From the NCBI GenBank assembly GCA_965218295.1, contig CBDCKN010000009.1, forward strand, positions 480,001-544,000: DNA of 64,000 nt, given 5' to 3'. Under the pieces are notes generated by a model. The model saw only the letters and a list, made by a program, of their open reading frames with translations, did not search any database and was not told the origin of the DNA. Positions within the stretch are counted from its first letter, which is position 1, and each line of letters begins with the position of its first letter. The position numbers were made by a program, and so were the translations under genes. Below are positions 1 through 9,679 of this stretch, one piece after another. The DNA is from Longimicrobiales bacterium. GTDB taxonomy: Bacteria > Gemmatimonadota > Gemmatimonadetes > Longimicrobiales > Gaopeijiaceae.

Positions 1-1105
1 GTCCAGGGAAAAGTTGCAGGGCTGCTGGGATTGAGCCTCGAGGACGGGACGAACTCATGAAGGCGACCCAGGAGCTAGCCAAGCACGTAGGGGTGAAGCC
101 CGCGTGCGATGCGCTCAGGGTGCCGCGAGCCACGTTCTACCGTCGTCGGAGTGCATCGACCGGGCATCAGCAGCCCCGCCCGACCCCCGCCCGGGCCTTA
201 AGTGAGAGGGAGCGGGACAAGATTTTCGACACCCTGTGTTCGGAGCGGTTCGTGGACCGGTCCCCAGCCGAGGTGGTGGCGACGCTGCTCGACGAGGACG
301 TCTACCTGTGCAGCGAGCGTACGATGTATCGCGTTCTGGCTTCCCAGGTGCCGGTTCAGGAGCGTCGAGCGCAGCGGAGTCATCCCAAATACCAGAAGCC
401 CGAGTTGATGGCGAGGGGCCCGAACCAGGTCTGGTCCTGGGATATCACCCGGCTGCTGGGGCCGAAGAAGTGGAGTTACTTCTACCTCTACGTGATCCTG
501 GACATCTTCAGCCGCTACGTCGTGGGATGGATGGTGGCGGATCGGGAGAACTCTGCCCTGGCCAGCCGGCTGATCCAGCAGAGTTGCTTGAAGCATGGCG
601 TCCAGCCCCACCTCCTGACCCTGCATTCCGATCGAGGGGCTCCGATGACGAGCCAATGCACGGCTCAACTACTCGCCGATCTCGGCGTGACCCGCTCGTT
701 GGGCCGACCCCAGGTCTCGGATGACAATCCGTTCTCCGAGGCTCAGTTCAAGACCTTGAAGTACCATCCCTCGTTTCCCGGCCGGTTCGGGGATCAGGGG
801 CAAGCCAAGACCTTCTGTCGCTCGTTCTTCCGTTGGTATAATGCCGAGCACCGCCATGGCGGCATCTCGATGCTGACCCCCCGAACAGGTCCACTTCGGT
901 CACGCCGATCGGATCATCGCCTGCAGGAAGGCCGTGCTCCGTGAGGCATGGGCCGCTCATCCCGAGCGCTTCGTCTCCGGTGAGCCGAAGCCTAAACCAC
1001 TCCCGGAGGCCGTCTGGATCAATCCTCCCACCCCATCCCTCACTACACAGGAGATTGCTCTCTAATTGATTTCCAAGAGTGTCTCACTGGCGTTGACAGG
1101 TTCCG
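1..1105 (+). mobile_element. IS3-family element, copy 1 (5' end outside window); orfB 57..1065 frameshifted at a C6 run near 877-882
   Basis: rve-type integrase core (WSWDIT, LHSDRG, SEAQFKTLK); right end GTGTCTCACTGGCGTTGACAGGTTCCG as in the other copies. Confidence 0.95.
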
Positions 1106-1549
1106 GCGAGGTACGCCTCTCATTCGTCAGCGCCGAGGTGGCGTGCGTTCGGTACCTCTTGACGAACCTCATGCTGCATGAGCAGGAGGGTTAGTCGTTC
1201 GTCGTCACCGCTTTCGCAACGCCTATTCGGCGGACCCCGCGGGCAGTCACCCTGCCAAAGCTCATCGTTGAGCCCTGTTGCCTCGGCCTGCCCCGTCCTA
1301 TTGTGCCGGCAATCGACCGCTTCGATTGACACGCATGAAGTAGTCACAGAGCAGCGCTTGCTTGAGATCCTGAACGAAGAGCTTCGCCAGTCGCCAGAAT
1401 GCGAAGGTGCAGAGATCGTGGGTGATTTGTGGCGTATGGACAGGAGCGGCTCAACAACCCAAAGATCACGAAGTGAGGAGCGGGGATCGGGAGAGTGAAT
1501 CCGTGCTGCGGAAGCGCGTTTAGCTACCGCTTTTGAAGAGGAGCAAGCC

Positions 1550-3418
1550 GTGAGATCGTTTGCCGCCTGTCTGCTTCTAGTGGGGACGGTCGTGCTGGTG
1601 CCGTCGACGGCATCGTCGGCCCAGCAAACGGCCCCAGAGGCCATTCTCCACGAGCGGGACCTCATGATCCCGATGCGCGATGGAGTGAAGCTCGCGACCG
1701 ACATCTACCGGCCCGCCCGCAACGGGGTGCCGGTGGAGGAGCGCCTGCCCATTGTCCTCTACCGGACGCCGTACAACAAGACGACTCCCGGGAGGGCGGA
1801 GCAGGCGCAGTTCTTTGCCCGGCACGGGTACGTGGCGGTGGTGCAGGACACCCGGGGCCGGTACAAGTCGGAGGGGAGCTTCCAGAAGTATAACGAGTTG
1901 GATGCGCCGGACGGCTACGACGCCATCGAGTGGCTGGCGAAGCTTCCGTACGCGGACGGCAAGGTCGGGATGTACGGCACCTCGTACAACGCCCACACCC
2001 AGGCCGACGCCGCTAAGATGAACCCGCCGCATCTCACCACCATCGTGGTCAACCAGGGTGGGATCTCCAACGGGTGGAAGAACAGCGTGCGCTGGCACGG
2101 GGCGTTCGAGCAGAGGTGGCAGCTCTCGTGGGCCCTCTCGAACCTGCGGGGCGAGCTCGACAACGACGCCCTGGTGGACGGGATCCTGGCGATCGAAAAG
2201 GCGGACGAGTGGCTCCACGCGCTGCCCCTGAGGAAGGGCCAGAACCCCCTCTCCGTCTCCCCCGACTTCGAGGAGTACTACCTGAAGCAGGCCACCCAGG
2301 GGGACGCCGACTGGTGGAAGGGGCTGGGGGTCAACTGGGAGGAGTACTACGAGCAGACCGCCGACATCCCGATGCTCCAGATCGGCGGATGGTTCGACTA
2401 CTTCTGCGGGGGCACCATCGACAACTTCGTGGGGCTCTCGGCCATCAAGGAGGGACCGATCCGCCTGCTTATGGGCCCCTGGACCCACGGTGGGAACGAC
2501 GAGAGCTTCGCCGGTGACGCGGAGTTCGGGCCCGAGGCCACGATCCGGGACTTCCACACCTACTTCCAACTACGGTGGCTCGACCACTACTTGAAGGGGA
2601 AGGGCACGGGGGTGGAGGACCACCCTCCCGTCCGGCTGTTCGTCATGGGGAGCGGGGACGGACACAGGGACGGGAACGGGCGGCTCTTCCACGGGGGTTA
2701 CTGGAGGGACGAGGAGCGCTGGCCGCTGCCCGGCACCCGGTTTAGGGAGTACTATTTCCACGGGGACGGGAGCCTCAGCACGACGGGGCCGGCCTCCGGG
2801 CCGGAGTCCACGACCTACACCTTCGACCCCGACGATCCCGTCCCCAGCATCGGGGGATCGTTCTACGGCGCGGAAGGCGGCTTCAATCAGCGGGAGAACG
2901 AGGACTGCTTCGGCTGCGAGCCGCCCTACCTGCCCCTGAAGGCCCGGGCCGACGTGGTCGTCTTCCAGACCCAGCCGCTCGAGGAAGACGTGGAGGTCGT
3001 GGGACCCATCGTGGTGAAGCTCTACGCTTTCTCCACGGCCCTGGACACCGACTTCACGGCGAAGCTCGTGGACGTCTACCCCGCGAGCCTGGGCTATCCA
3101 GCGGGCTACGACTTGGGCCTTACCGACGGGATCCTCCGGGCGCGGTACCGGAACTCTCCGTCCAGCCAGGAGTTGATGACCCCCGGTGAGGTCTATGAGT
3201 TTACCATTGAACCGTACCCCACCGCCAACGTGTTCAAGAAGGGGCACCGGATCCGGATCGACATCTCCAGCAGCAACTTCCCCCGGTTCGACGTGAACCC
3301 CAACACCGGGGAATCCCTGGGCATGGAGCGGCGGAAGATCAAGGCGGACAACACCATCTATCATAGCTCCCAGTACCCGTCGCACGTCATCCTCCCCATC
3401 GTTCCCTCCAAACGATGA
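1550..3418 (+). CDS. CocE/NonD-family (Xaa-Pro dipeptidyl-peptidase-like) secreted serine hydrolase
   Basis: Signal peptide, MRDGVKLATDIYRP, RTPY, GTSY nucleophile motif, GPWTH, C-terminal GHRIRIDISSSNFPRF. Confidence 0.93.
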   Translation: MRSFAACLLLVGTVVLVPSTASSAQQTAPEAILHERDLMIPMRDGVKLATDIYRPARNGVPVEERLPIVLYRTPYNKTTPGRAEQAQFFARHGYVAVVQDTRGRYKSEGSFQKYNELDAPDGYDAIEWLAKLPYADGKVGMYGTSYNAHTQADAAKMNPPHLTTIVVNQGGISNGWKNSVRWHGAFEQRWQLSWALSNLRGELDNDALVDGILAIEKADEWLHALPLRKGQNPLSVSPDFEEYYLKQATQGDADWWKGLGVNWEEYYEQTADIPMLQIGGWFDYFCGGTIDNFVGLSAIKEGPIRLLMGPWTHGGNDESFAGDAEFGPEATIRDFHTYFQLRWLDHYLKGKGTGVEDHPPVRLFVMGSGDGHRDGNGRLFHGGYWRDEERWPLPGTRFREYYFHGDGSLSTTGPASGPESTTYTFDPDDPVPSIGGSFYGAEGGFNQRENEDCFGCEPPYLPLKARADVVVFQTQPLEEDVEVVGPIVVKLYAFSTALDTDFTAKLVDVYPASLGYPAGYDLGLTDGILRARYRNSPSSQELMTPGEVYEFTIEPYPTANVFKKGHRIRIDISSSNFPRFDVNPNTGESLGMERRKIKADNTIYHSSQYPSHVILPIVPSKR

Positions 3419-3680
3419 GGGAGGAACGACTCGAACGGGTGAGACGAGTAGCGAAGCAGATCGAAGCATGACACGGCGTACAGTAACCCCCGGCGTGGTC
3501 CTCGTCTTCTCTTGTCTTGTCTCCTGGCGGGTTGTCGGCAACCCGACGGTCTGTACGAGGTAGTGGTCCAGGAACAGGACTTCATGCTCCCGAGAGCGGT
3601 CCGGTAGGCGCAAGCAGAGCCACGTCAGACGCTTGTAAAGGCGTTCTGAGCGTCTTCGGGCTTTATTCGGCATCCCTGGG

Positions 3681-3721
3681 TAGGGCAGAGCGCCCTCGTG
3701 GCTTAGAGGGCCGTTAGGGGC
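3681..3721. repeat. 41-bp imperfect direct repeat, copy 1 (internal hairpin GCCCTC-N8-GAGGGC)
   Basis: 34/41 identities by eye with 6001..6041. Confidence 0.7.
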
Positions 3722-3815
3722 TCGGCCTCTGCCACGCCATTACAGCCACGCCCAAGGGGCCAATCCCAGCGCGAAGATCATTGCCGTGTGGATCAGGGCC
3801 AACGTTGGTGAAACA

Positions 3816-4109
3816 TCACTTCCCCAACTTGTTGTGCCTCGGCTTGGACCTCTTGATGCTGCGCGCCTCGGCTTCACGCGCCTCAGCGATCGTGCCTTTG
3901 GGGGTGATCTCCACAGTTGTGGCACCCGGAATCGCGTCGGGTCCTCCGGGCAGATGTTCCTTGAGCCGCTCTGCGACACGTCCTCTCTTAGCCACCCCGG
4001 TGTATGTGTGGGTCCCGGCTCGGTTGCGGATCTTGTAGACGACAGGTTTGTCCTGGGCCAGTGATTCGATGCCCGTCTTGCTAAACCGGGCCTTCTTTTT
4101 TCCCGGCAA
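3816..4109 (-). CDS. Small stand-alone GIY-YIG nuclease-family protein
   Basis: PVVYKI...YTGVAKRGRVAERLKEH...EAREAEARSIK..KPRHN fits the GIY-YIG motif order; GGAGG RBS before TTG start. Confidence 0.75.
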   Translation of the reverse strand: MPGKKKARFSKTGIESLAQDKPVVYKIRNRAGTHTYTGVAKRGRVAERLKEHLPGGPDAIPGATTVEITPKGTIAEAREAEARSIKRSKPRHNKLGK

Positions 4110-4145
4110 GATATACCTCCGAGGTAATAGTCATGATCGTCCCTC

Positions 4146-4340
4146 TTACGCCCTGGCCCGATCCAGCAGCGCTTCGATCTCGTCGTCGGTCACGTCGGCA
4201 AGCGGCGTATCCGATCGCACCTCCGCCGTGAACTGCTTCCCCTCCGCCGCGAACGCCAGCACTCCGCGCCGCTCACCCCGTTCGAGCCAGAGCAGCCAGT
4301 GCTTGCCGTCCCTCGGGTCGGTCCAGTCGCGGTGGGTCAT
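4146..4340 (-). CDS. Hypothetical 64-aa protein
   Basis: ATG start, protein-like composition (WTDPRDGKHW...LAF...DDEIEALLDRAR). Confidence 0.6.
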   Translation of the reverse strand: MTHRDWTDPRDGKHWLLWLERGERRGVLAFAAEGKQFTAEVRSDTPLADVTDDEIEALLDRARA

Positions 4341-4342
4341 AC

Positions 4343-4459
4343 CTCGGCTCCGACGACTGATGTCAGTTCCGGCTTCAGCACCTTGAGCGCGACCTTGCGA
4401 TTGTGTTTGAGATCGTTAGCCAGGTAAACGATGGCCATCCCGCCCTCACCCAACTGGCC
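4343..4459 (-). pseudogene. Remnant of Ser/Thr protein kinase subdomains I-II
   Basis: Translates to GQLGEGGMAIVYLANDLKHNRKVALKVLKPELTSVVGAE (Gly-rich loop and VALK lysine); no start codon and no catalytic loop. Confidence 0.85.
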
Positions 4460-4479
4460 TGCGCGCACAGGATAGCAGC

Positions 4480-5925
4480 CTACCTCCTGGGCCGCACCTC
4501 CACCTCCAGATCCTGACGCCTATACATGCAGATCCCGTTCACGTCCTCGCAGACGTAGTAGAGGGCGTATCCCGGTATGGTGATCGGGCCGCGGCCGAGC
4601 TCCTGGGGCGCACGGATCTCAGCCTCGATCACGCGGGTCTCCAGTGACACCACCTCGGGAGGGAGCGGATAGCTGGACATCCTGGTCTCGACTTCCCATC
4701 CCTCGGGCGGATCGAGCCAGAGGACCATCTCCTCGGCCTCGTTGTTCCAGTGCGCTTTCGTCCGCTGGATCGGTCGGAACGAGAAATGCAGCCGCGTGAC
4801 GTCCCCGGGAGCGACCCTGGCCGGGACCGCAACGGCCTCGGCTTCAATGAACTGGTCCTCGTCGCGAAGCACGCGACCCAGAGGGTCGGGCTCTGGGGGG
4901 GCGTCCAGGCCGACGACGAAGTCCCTTTGCGGGCTGGCGAACTCGGAGCCACGAGGCTCGACGGTGAGTGGAGCAGGCTCTTCGCCCCGGGCCTGGATCT
5001 CCTCGCGGGCCGTGACGACCCAGTCGTAGAAGGGGTACGGTTTATCTAGCCGCGGGCCATACTGCTGGATGCGTCTGCGCCAAATGTACTGGTTGGGATC
5101 GATCTCGAGCGCGGCGGACCACTCGTCCACGGCCTTCTGGAAGTCGCCTTTGCGCCGACCGTCCGAGTCGTAGCGCATCCGGTGGGCGACGCCCAGGCGG
5201 AAGTGCGCCATGCCGTCCTCCGGCTGCTCGCGCACCACCCACTCGTACGCGTCGACGGCCTGATCCACTCGGCCGGCTCCACCCCACACGGCGATCGCGT
5301 CACCATAGGCCCTCCACGCCTCCGCGCTGCCCTCGGACCGTGCGCGCGCATAGAGGGCAGCCACGTCCGGCGGAGGAGTGGCTGGCGACGGCTCGCCCCG
5401 CACGGAGCCGAAGCTCTCCTCCAGAAAGTCGTCGCTGACGCTGCCGTCCTTCTGCATCGCCGGCAGAACCTTCCGAATCACGCCGCTCTCGTCGATCGCA
5501 AGGGAGATCGGCACGTAGGGCGCCCCCAGCAGATCGTACGAGTCGACCAAAATGGGCCACCCCATCTGCTTCCACTGCATGAAGAGGAGGGCCCGGTCGG
5601 GGTGCTGCTCCTGGATGATCCCGACCATCTGTACGCTGCCGACGTCCTGGAGGCTCTCGGTCGCGTTGTGCCACCCGGGCACGTGTCGCCTACAGCCTGC
5701 TCACCAGGATGCAAAGATGTGTAGGATGACCTTCTGACCGCGGAAGTCGGCGATAGACGCGGGCCGCCCGTCGTCGAGGGACGGGAGCGACAGAGTGGGG
5801 AACGGTCTGCCCACCTTGAAGCCGTGCGACGGCATGGAGCTCTGCGCACGCGCTTCGCTCGGAACAGCGATGGCGATCAGCAGGAGTAGTGTGACGGCGA
5901 ATTGTCGGGCGGATGTGTTCATCAT
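4480..5925 (-). CDS. Probable selenoprotein (~481 aa): signal peptide + TlpA/AhpC-TSA thioredoxin fold (FASW-U-AGC) + TPR + C-terminal DsbD-N-like domain
   Basis: ORFs 5701..5925 and 4480..5682 are in one frame joined by TGA at 5701-5703, at the first Cys of WCxxC; hairpin follows. Confidence 0.85.
5668..5682 (-). promoter_or_regulatory. Candidate bacterial SECIS apical hairpin (GTGCC-CGGGT-GGCAC)
   Basis: Loop starts 23 nt after UGA; G at loop position 2. Confidence 0.6.
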
Positions 5926-6000
5926 TCCTCCAACTGCACGGCAGCCCTCTCCAGTTTAGCTCGCAGTCGGTCGCACGTCGAGCAAGGGAGCCGAGGTCGT

Positions 6001-6041
6001 TAGGCTGGAGCGCCCTCCTGGCTTGGAGGGCCATTATGGGC
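6001..6041. repeat. 41-bp imperfect direct repeat, copy 2
   Basis: Matches 3681..3721. Confidence 0.7.
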
Positions 6042-6249
6042 GTGCTCTCCTCTGAACCCAATACACCACAACAGCATAACGCCTTGCTCAAGCAGGGTGC
6101 CGGACTCGAAAAGGGTCTTTAAAATGCCTATCCCTTATCGAAAACCTAGCTCGCCGGTTCTACGAACCATCCCTAAAGCGAGTAGCCGGTAGGTTTGCGT
6201 GGCGTTCGCTGACGGTGTCACACTCCCGCCTCGTGCTACTCGACCAGAT

Positions 6250-6774
6250 TCAGGATGTCTTCGTGAGCCGGCTGACGATCTCCTCGATGACGGCGTCCGC
6301 CCGTTCTTTGATCTCGGCCGGAGTCCGATCCTGAATCGGGTGTGGGACGAAAACCGCGTCCAGGTCGGGCCGCCCCAGGCGGCTCGCCTGCACCCTGGCA
6401 GCTGTGCGAAACTCCTCCGTGGCGAGGGGCACGGAGGGGATGCCTTCCGCTTCGAGTCGAACGCTGTCGTGCAAACTGCACGTTGTGCAGGAGCCTCAGT
6501 CGGCCAGCGCTTCGATCACCCCATCCACGAAAGCGAGCCTCTCCCGCAGGGCTCTAGGAGCCGGCTTCGTGTAGGTCGGCTTGACCTCGCGAACGATTCG
6601 GGAAACGCCGTAGCGCTCCTTGAGAATCTCCTCCAGCCGATCCAAGAACTCCTTCCCTCGGGGCTTGCTGATGTCGAGCAGGGCGAGGGTCTTGCCCTCG
6701 AGGCTATCGAGCCGGGGCGCAGGAGGCAGCCGGTCTTGGGAGCGTTCATCGAGAGGGTTCACCAACGTGGACAT
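6250..6774 (-). CDS. UGSC-family (seleno)protein, ~174 aa
   Basis: AAGGAG RBS and ATG at 6774; in-frame TGA 6496-6498 gives EALAD-U-GSCTTCSLHD...LEAEGIP...HPI, the UGSC signature. Confidence 0.9.
6468..6482 (-). promoter_or_regulatory. Candidate SECIS hairpin (CGTGCA-GTT-TGCACG)
   Basis: Loop starts 19 nt after UGA and begins with G. Confidence 0.55.
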
Positions 6775-6806
6775 GGAATCTCCTTGTTGCATGTTCTTTT
6801 GCGTCC

Positions 6807-8459
6807 TTACCACTCTATTCGTGTATTTACCAACACCGGATATGTCACGATCTGAGAGCCTCCGGCGCCCGCCAGCCAACCCCCCAGGACTGCGGAAAAT
6901 TTTCCGGCCGTGCCGCCCGCCACGATGATCCGAATCTGCGACGGGTCTTCGAACTTCCGATAGTGGGGCTCACCGTCGATCAGGACTTCCTCGTAGGTAT
7001 CGCGGAGCTGGGTACCCTCCGTGCCCTCGTGGTCGAACGCCCGGAGGGGAACGCCGGTCTGCTCGAAGAGGAAGTCGCGCGCGTCGCTCTTGGAGAATCC
7101 GTCGGAGCTCAAGGTCGCGGCGTGCTCAGGGCACAACACCACCAGCGCGTCGATCCGCCCGCACCGCCTCCAGCTCCAGATCATGGAGAGCGTGGCGCCA
7201 ATCGTGCGGAGCACTCCGGCCCCGGTTCGGGCCGTGTGCTCGCTCACCTCCGTGAGCCCGCCGGCGGCGAACAGCGTGACGGTGCTCTGGTTCTGACCGA
7301 AGCCGAGCTCTACGTGGAGAGGCTCCCAGGGACTCTCCTCGTGATTCTCGGCCACGCAGTACGAGAAGCGTCCCGGACTTCCCAGCGCCGACATGTCGAT
7401 CTCACCCGGGAGAGCACCCCCCAGGTTCGCCATCACGAGTTGGAGCGCCCGGCCCACCGAGCTGTTGGCCCGAGCCACGTTTCCGAACACCCCCGCCCCG
7501 CTCGCGAAGCCCAAGCGCGTGGTGGCCGGCCCGCTCAGGATGATCAACGGAGTGGCCGAGTGGGTCGTCGCCTGCACCCCGTGCAGGTTGAAGCGCTCGT
7601 CGCAAGCGGCCCTGACCACAGGGATCAGAACCTCCATGTACTCCGGCTTGCAGCCCGCCATCACCGCGTTGGCGGCAATCTTCTCGACCGTGGCGGGCCC
7701 GTAGCAGGGCGGGACCAGTCCCACCACACGATCCGGTGAGTGTGGGATCGCCGCCAAGAAGGCGTCGACCCGTTCCGCCGTAGGTGGGACCACGGGAACG
7801 AATGGCGAGAAGCCGGCGCTCATGCAATACTCGTACGGATCTTCGTCCTCGGCCAACGTGAGGCGTGAGGCCCGCGGCGCGCGATCGGGAAGCGGATCGA
7901 TTGGCTCGGGCGGCGCCTCGTCAGACGCTTCGACAGCCCCGACGGCCACCGCCGACTCGAGGTGGCGGGACGCACAGCCGGGCTTCATCATGGGAGCCCC
8001 ATCGTCGAGGTCGGCCACTGTCCGCACCGGAAGTCCGAGGTCAGAGAGCATTCTCTCCGCGGCCGAGTTGAGGTCCCCCTTGTGGAAGCCCACCTCGGAG
8101 AACTCGATCTGTCCCCCGTGGCCCACGAGAAATAGCGCCGGGACGCTGGGCGGATTGAAGCTGCGAGACGCATCCAGATCGACGTCCAAGAGCACCGGGA
8201 AGCTCACGTCATAGGCCTCCACCAGCTCTCGTGTTTCAGGGCCACCGTCCTGCGAGACCGCCACGACCCGATGGCCATTGGGGCCGAGCGCCTCGGCCAG
8301 GCGTTTCAGGTACGGGACCGTAAGGCGGCAGGTGGGACAGTCGGTCTCGATGAATGAGAGGAGGATGGGACCCTCGGTCGTCTCCTCCCCGAGTCGCCAA
8401 TCGGTTCCGTCCAGCCGGGCGAGTGAGAAGTCCGGTGCCGGATCTCCCGGAGCAAGCAT
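6807..8459 (-). CDS. AhpC/TSA (TlpA-like, CPTC) domain fused to the large UGSC-associated domain
   Basis: N-terminal PGDPAPDFSL...DCPTC; C-terminal PVVPPTAERV...ATVEKIAANAVMAGCKPEY...QATT...RANSSVGRA; directly upstream of the UGSC gene. Confidence 0.8.
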   Translation of the reverse strand: MLAPGDPAPDFSLARLDGTDWRLGEETTEGPILLSFIETDCPTCRLTVPYLKRLAEALGPNGHRVVAVSQDGGPETRELVEAYDVSFPVLLDVDLDASRSFNPPSVPALFLVGHGGQIEFSEVGFHKGDLNSAAERMLSDLGLPVRTVADLDDGAPMMKPGCASRHLESAVAVGAVEASDEAPPEPIDPLPDRAPRASRLTLAEDEDPYEYCMSAGFSPFVPVVPPTAERVDAFLAAIPHSPDRVVGLVPPCYGPATVEKIAANAVMAGCKPEYMEVLIPVVRAACDERFNLHGVQATTHSATPLIILSGPATTRLGFASGAGVFGNVARANSSVGRALQLVMANLGGALPGEIDMSALGSPGRFSYCVAENHEESPWEPLHVELGFGQNQSTVTLFAAGGLTEVSEHTARTGAGVLRTIGATLSMIWSWRRCGRIDALVVLCPEHAATLSSDGFSKSDARDFLFEQTGVPLRAFDHEGTEGTQLRDTYEEVLIDGEPHYRKFEDPSQIRIIVAGGTAGKFSAVLGGWLAGAGGSQIVTYPVLVNTRIEW

Positions 8460-8614
8460 GGTCAGGTCACAGGATGGAGGGTGAGTACGCCGCCGAACGC
8501 CGCTTCGGGCTTGCGAGCCCAGTATCCTATGGGCTGAGGGTGAGGCGCAAGCCGCCGCGGGAGCAGACCCTGGAGCAGGCCAGTGGAAGCTACTGGTGGA
8601 GCGAGCCTGCCCGG

Positions 8615-8914
8615 TTATGAGATCCGCGCTGTTATGCTGGCCACCGACGGCGCTCCGTCTGCCCGGCAGGCCATCGCTGCCGTGCTGACGTTCTCTCCGG
8701 TCACGTCCTCACCGTTCACCAAGACGGTGGGTGACCCGAAGCGCCGGAAGTCAGCCGGTGTTGACTCCGCCATGAGGTCCCACTCTGACCAAGTCAGGAC
8801 CTGACCGGCCCCCTCAATTGCCTCTCTCAGGTTGTCTCGTGCTTGCGCCGTGTTGGGGCATCCGTCGAAGTAGACCAACTCGATTCGTGGCATCTTCATC
8901 TCTCTATTCTCCAT
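8615..8914 (-). CDS. Small thioredoxin-fold protein of the type found beside merB/merT
   Basis: IELVYFDGCPN...FGSPTVLVNGED...ACR. Confidence 0.75.
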   Translation of the reverse strand: MENREMKMPRIELVYFDGCPNTAQARDNLREAIEGAGQVLTWSEWDLMAESTPADFRRFGSPTVLVNGEDVTGENVSTAAMACRADGAPSVASITARIS

Positions 8915-8928
8915 GGGCCAAGAGGTGG

Positions 8929-9306
8929 CTACTCACCTTCGTCGGCCCGCTCTGTCGCACTGAAGGCAGTCATCTGTTCGAGTTCGCTCACGATCTCCGC
9001 GACGGTGGTCACCGTCGTGTCGAACGTCACGAAACCCTCTGCCGCCTCGTACGAGAAACGCGCCTCCTGCACACCCTCGACTCGCTCCACGGCCAACCCG
9101 GCCGCTGTGGCGCAGCCGTCTCAGGTCATGCCGGTGACATCTAGCGCCACCGTTCGAAGCGTTCCCTCCACGTCGGCCATGTCGGCAGGTACATCCCCCT
9201 GCAAGGTCGCTCCGTGGTCCATCGCCGCGTCTTCGTGTCCGGGTATCTGGAGCAGAATGCCGCCCCCGATCACCACGGCCACAGCCGACCATTGTTTCCA
9301 ACCCAT
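8929..9306 (-). CDS. merP: MerP-like heavy-metal-associated (HMA) protein with probable selenocysteine (GMT-U-DGC), 125 aa
   Basis: Frame stays open past TGA 9121-9123 to TAG 8929: VALDVTGMT-U-DGCATAAGLAVERVEGVQEARFSYEAAEGFVTFD; N-terminal hydrophobic segment; follows merT. Confidence 0.85.
9090..9104 (-). promoter_or_regulatory. Candidate SECIS hairpin (CGGCC-GGGTT-GGCCG)
   Basis: Loop starts 21 nt after UGA and begins with G. Confidence 0.6.
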
Positions 9307-9322
9307 CGTTTGGAATCTCCTG

Positions 9323-9667
9323 TTATAGGATGAGCGTCTGCCAACTAGGGAACGTGGCGAAGACGACGGCCACGACGGTGGCGGTCCAAAGCATGACCAT
9401 CATGCGCCGTCTGACCGCAGGGTCGGCGCACGGTTTGCCCGGAACACATGCCGCCTTCTCCTCTCGGTCGAGGAGCCAGAATCCCAGGACGAGGAAAAAC
9501 GCCGTGGCTGCCAGGAAGTACGGTCGGTACGGCTCAAATGCCGAGAGCCCGGCTCCCGACACGCCCAAGCTCACCGCCACGACCGGCCCGGCACAGCAGA
9601 GGGCCGAGCTAGCGGCTGCGAAGACCCCGCCCACGCCTGGCAATGTCGCCTTCATCGAATCTCTCAC
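9323..9667 (-). CDS. merT: Mercuric ion transporter MerT
   Basis: ASSALCCAGP in TM1, FEPYRPYF, cytoplasmic ACVPGKPC pair, three hydrophobic segments. Confidence 0.9.
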   Translation of the reverse strand: MRDSMKATLPGVGGVFAAASSALCCAGPVVAVSLGVSGAGLSAFEPYRPYFLAATAFFLVLGFWLLDREEKAACVPGKPCADPAVRRRMMVMLWTATVVAVVFATFPSWQTLIL

Positions 9668-9679
9668 GGCGTCCTCCGA

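Noticed and set aside
5999..6080. GTTAGGC and GCATAAC resembling integron attC cores
   Set aside because: Order is opposite to an attC, no long internal palindrome, and no integron integrase in the window
6774..9321. Identical AGGAGATTCCA upstream of the UGSC and Sec-merP starts
   Set aside because: Half of it is the Shine-Dalgarno, and it is absent from the other two Sec genes; chance is plausible
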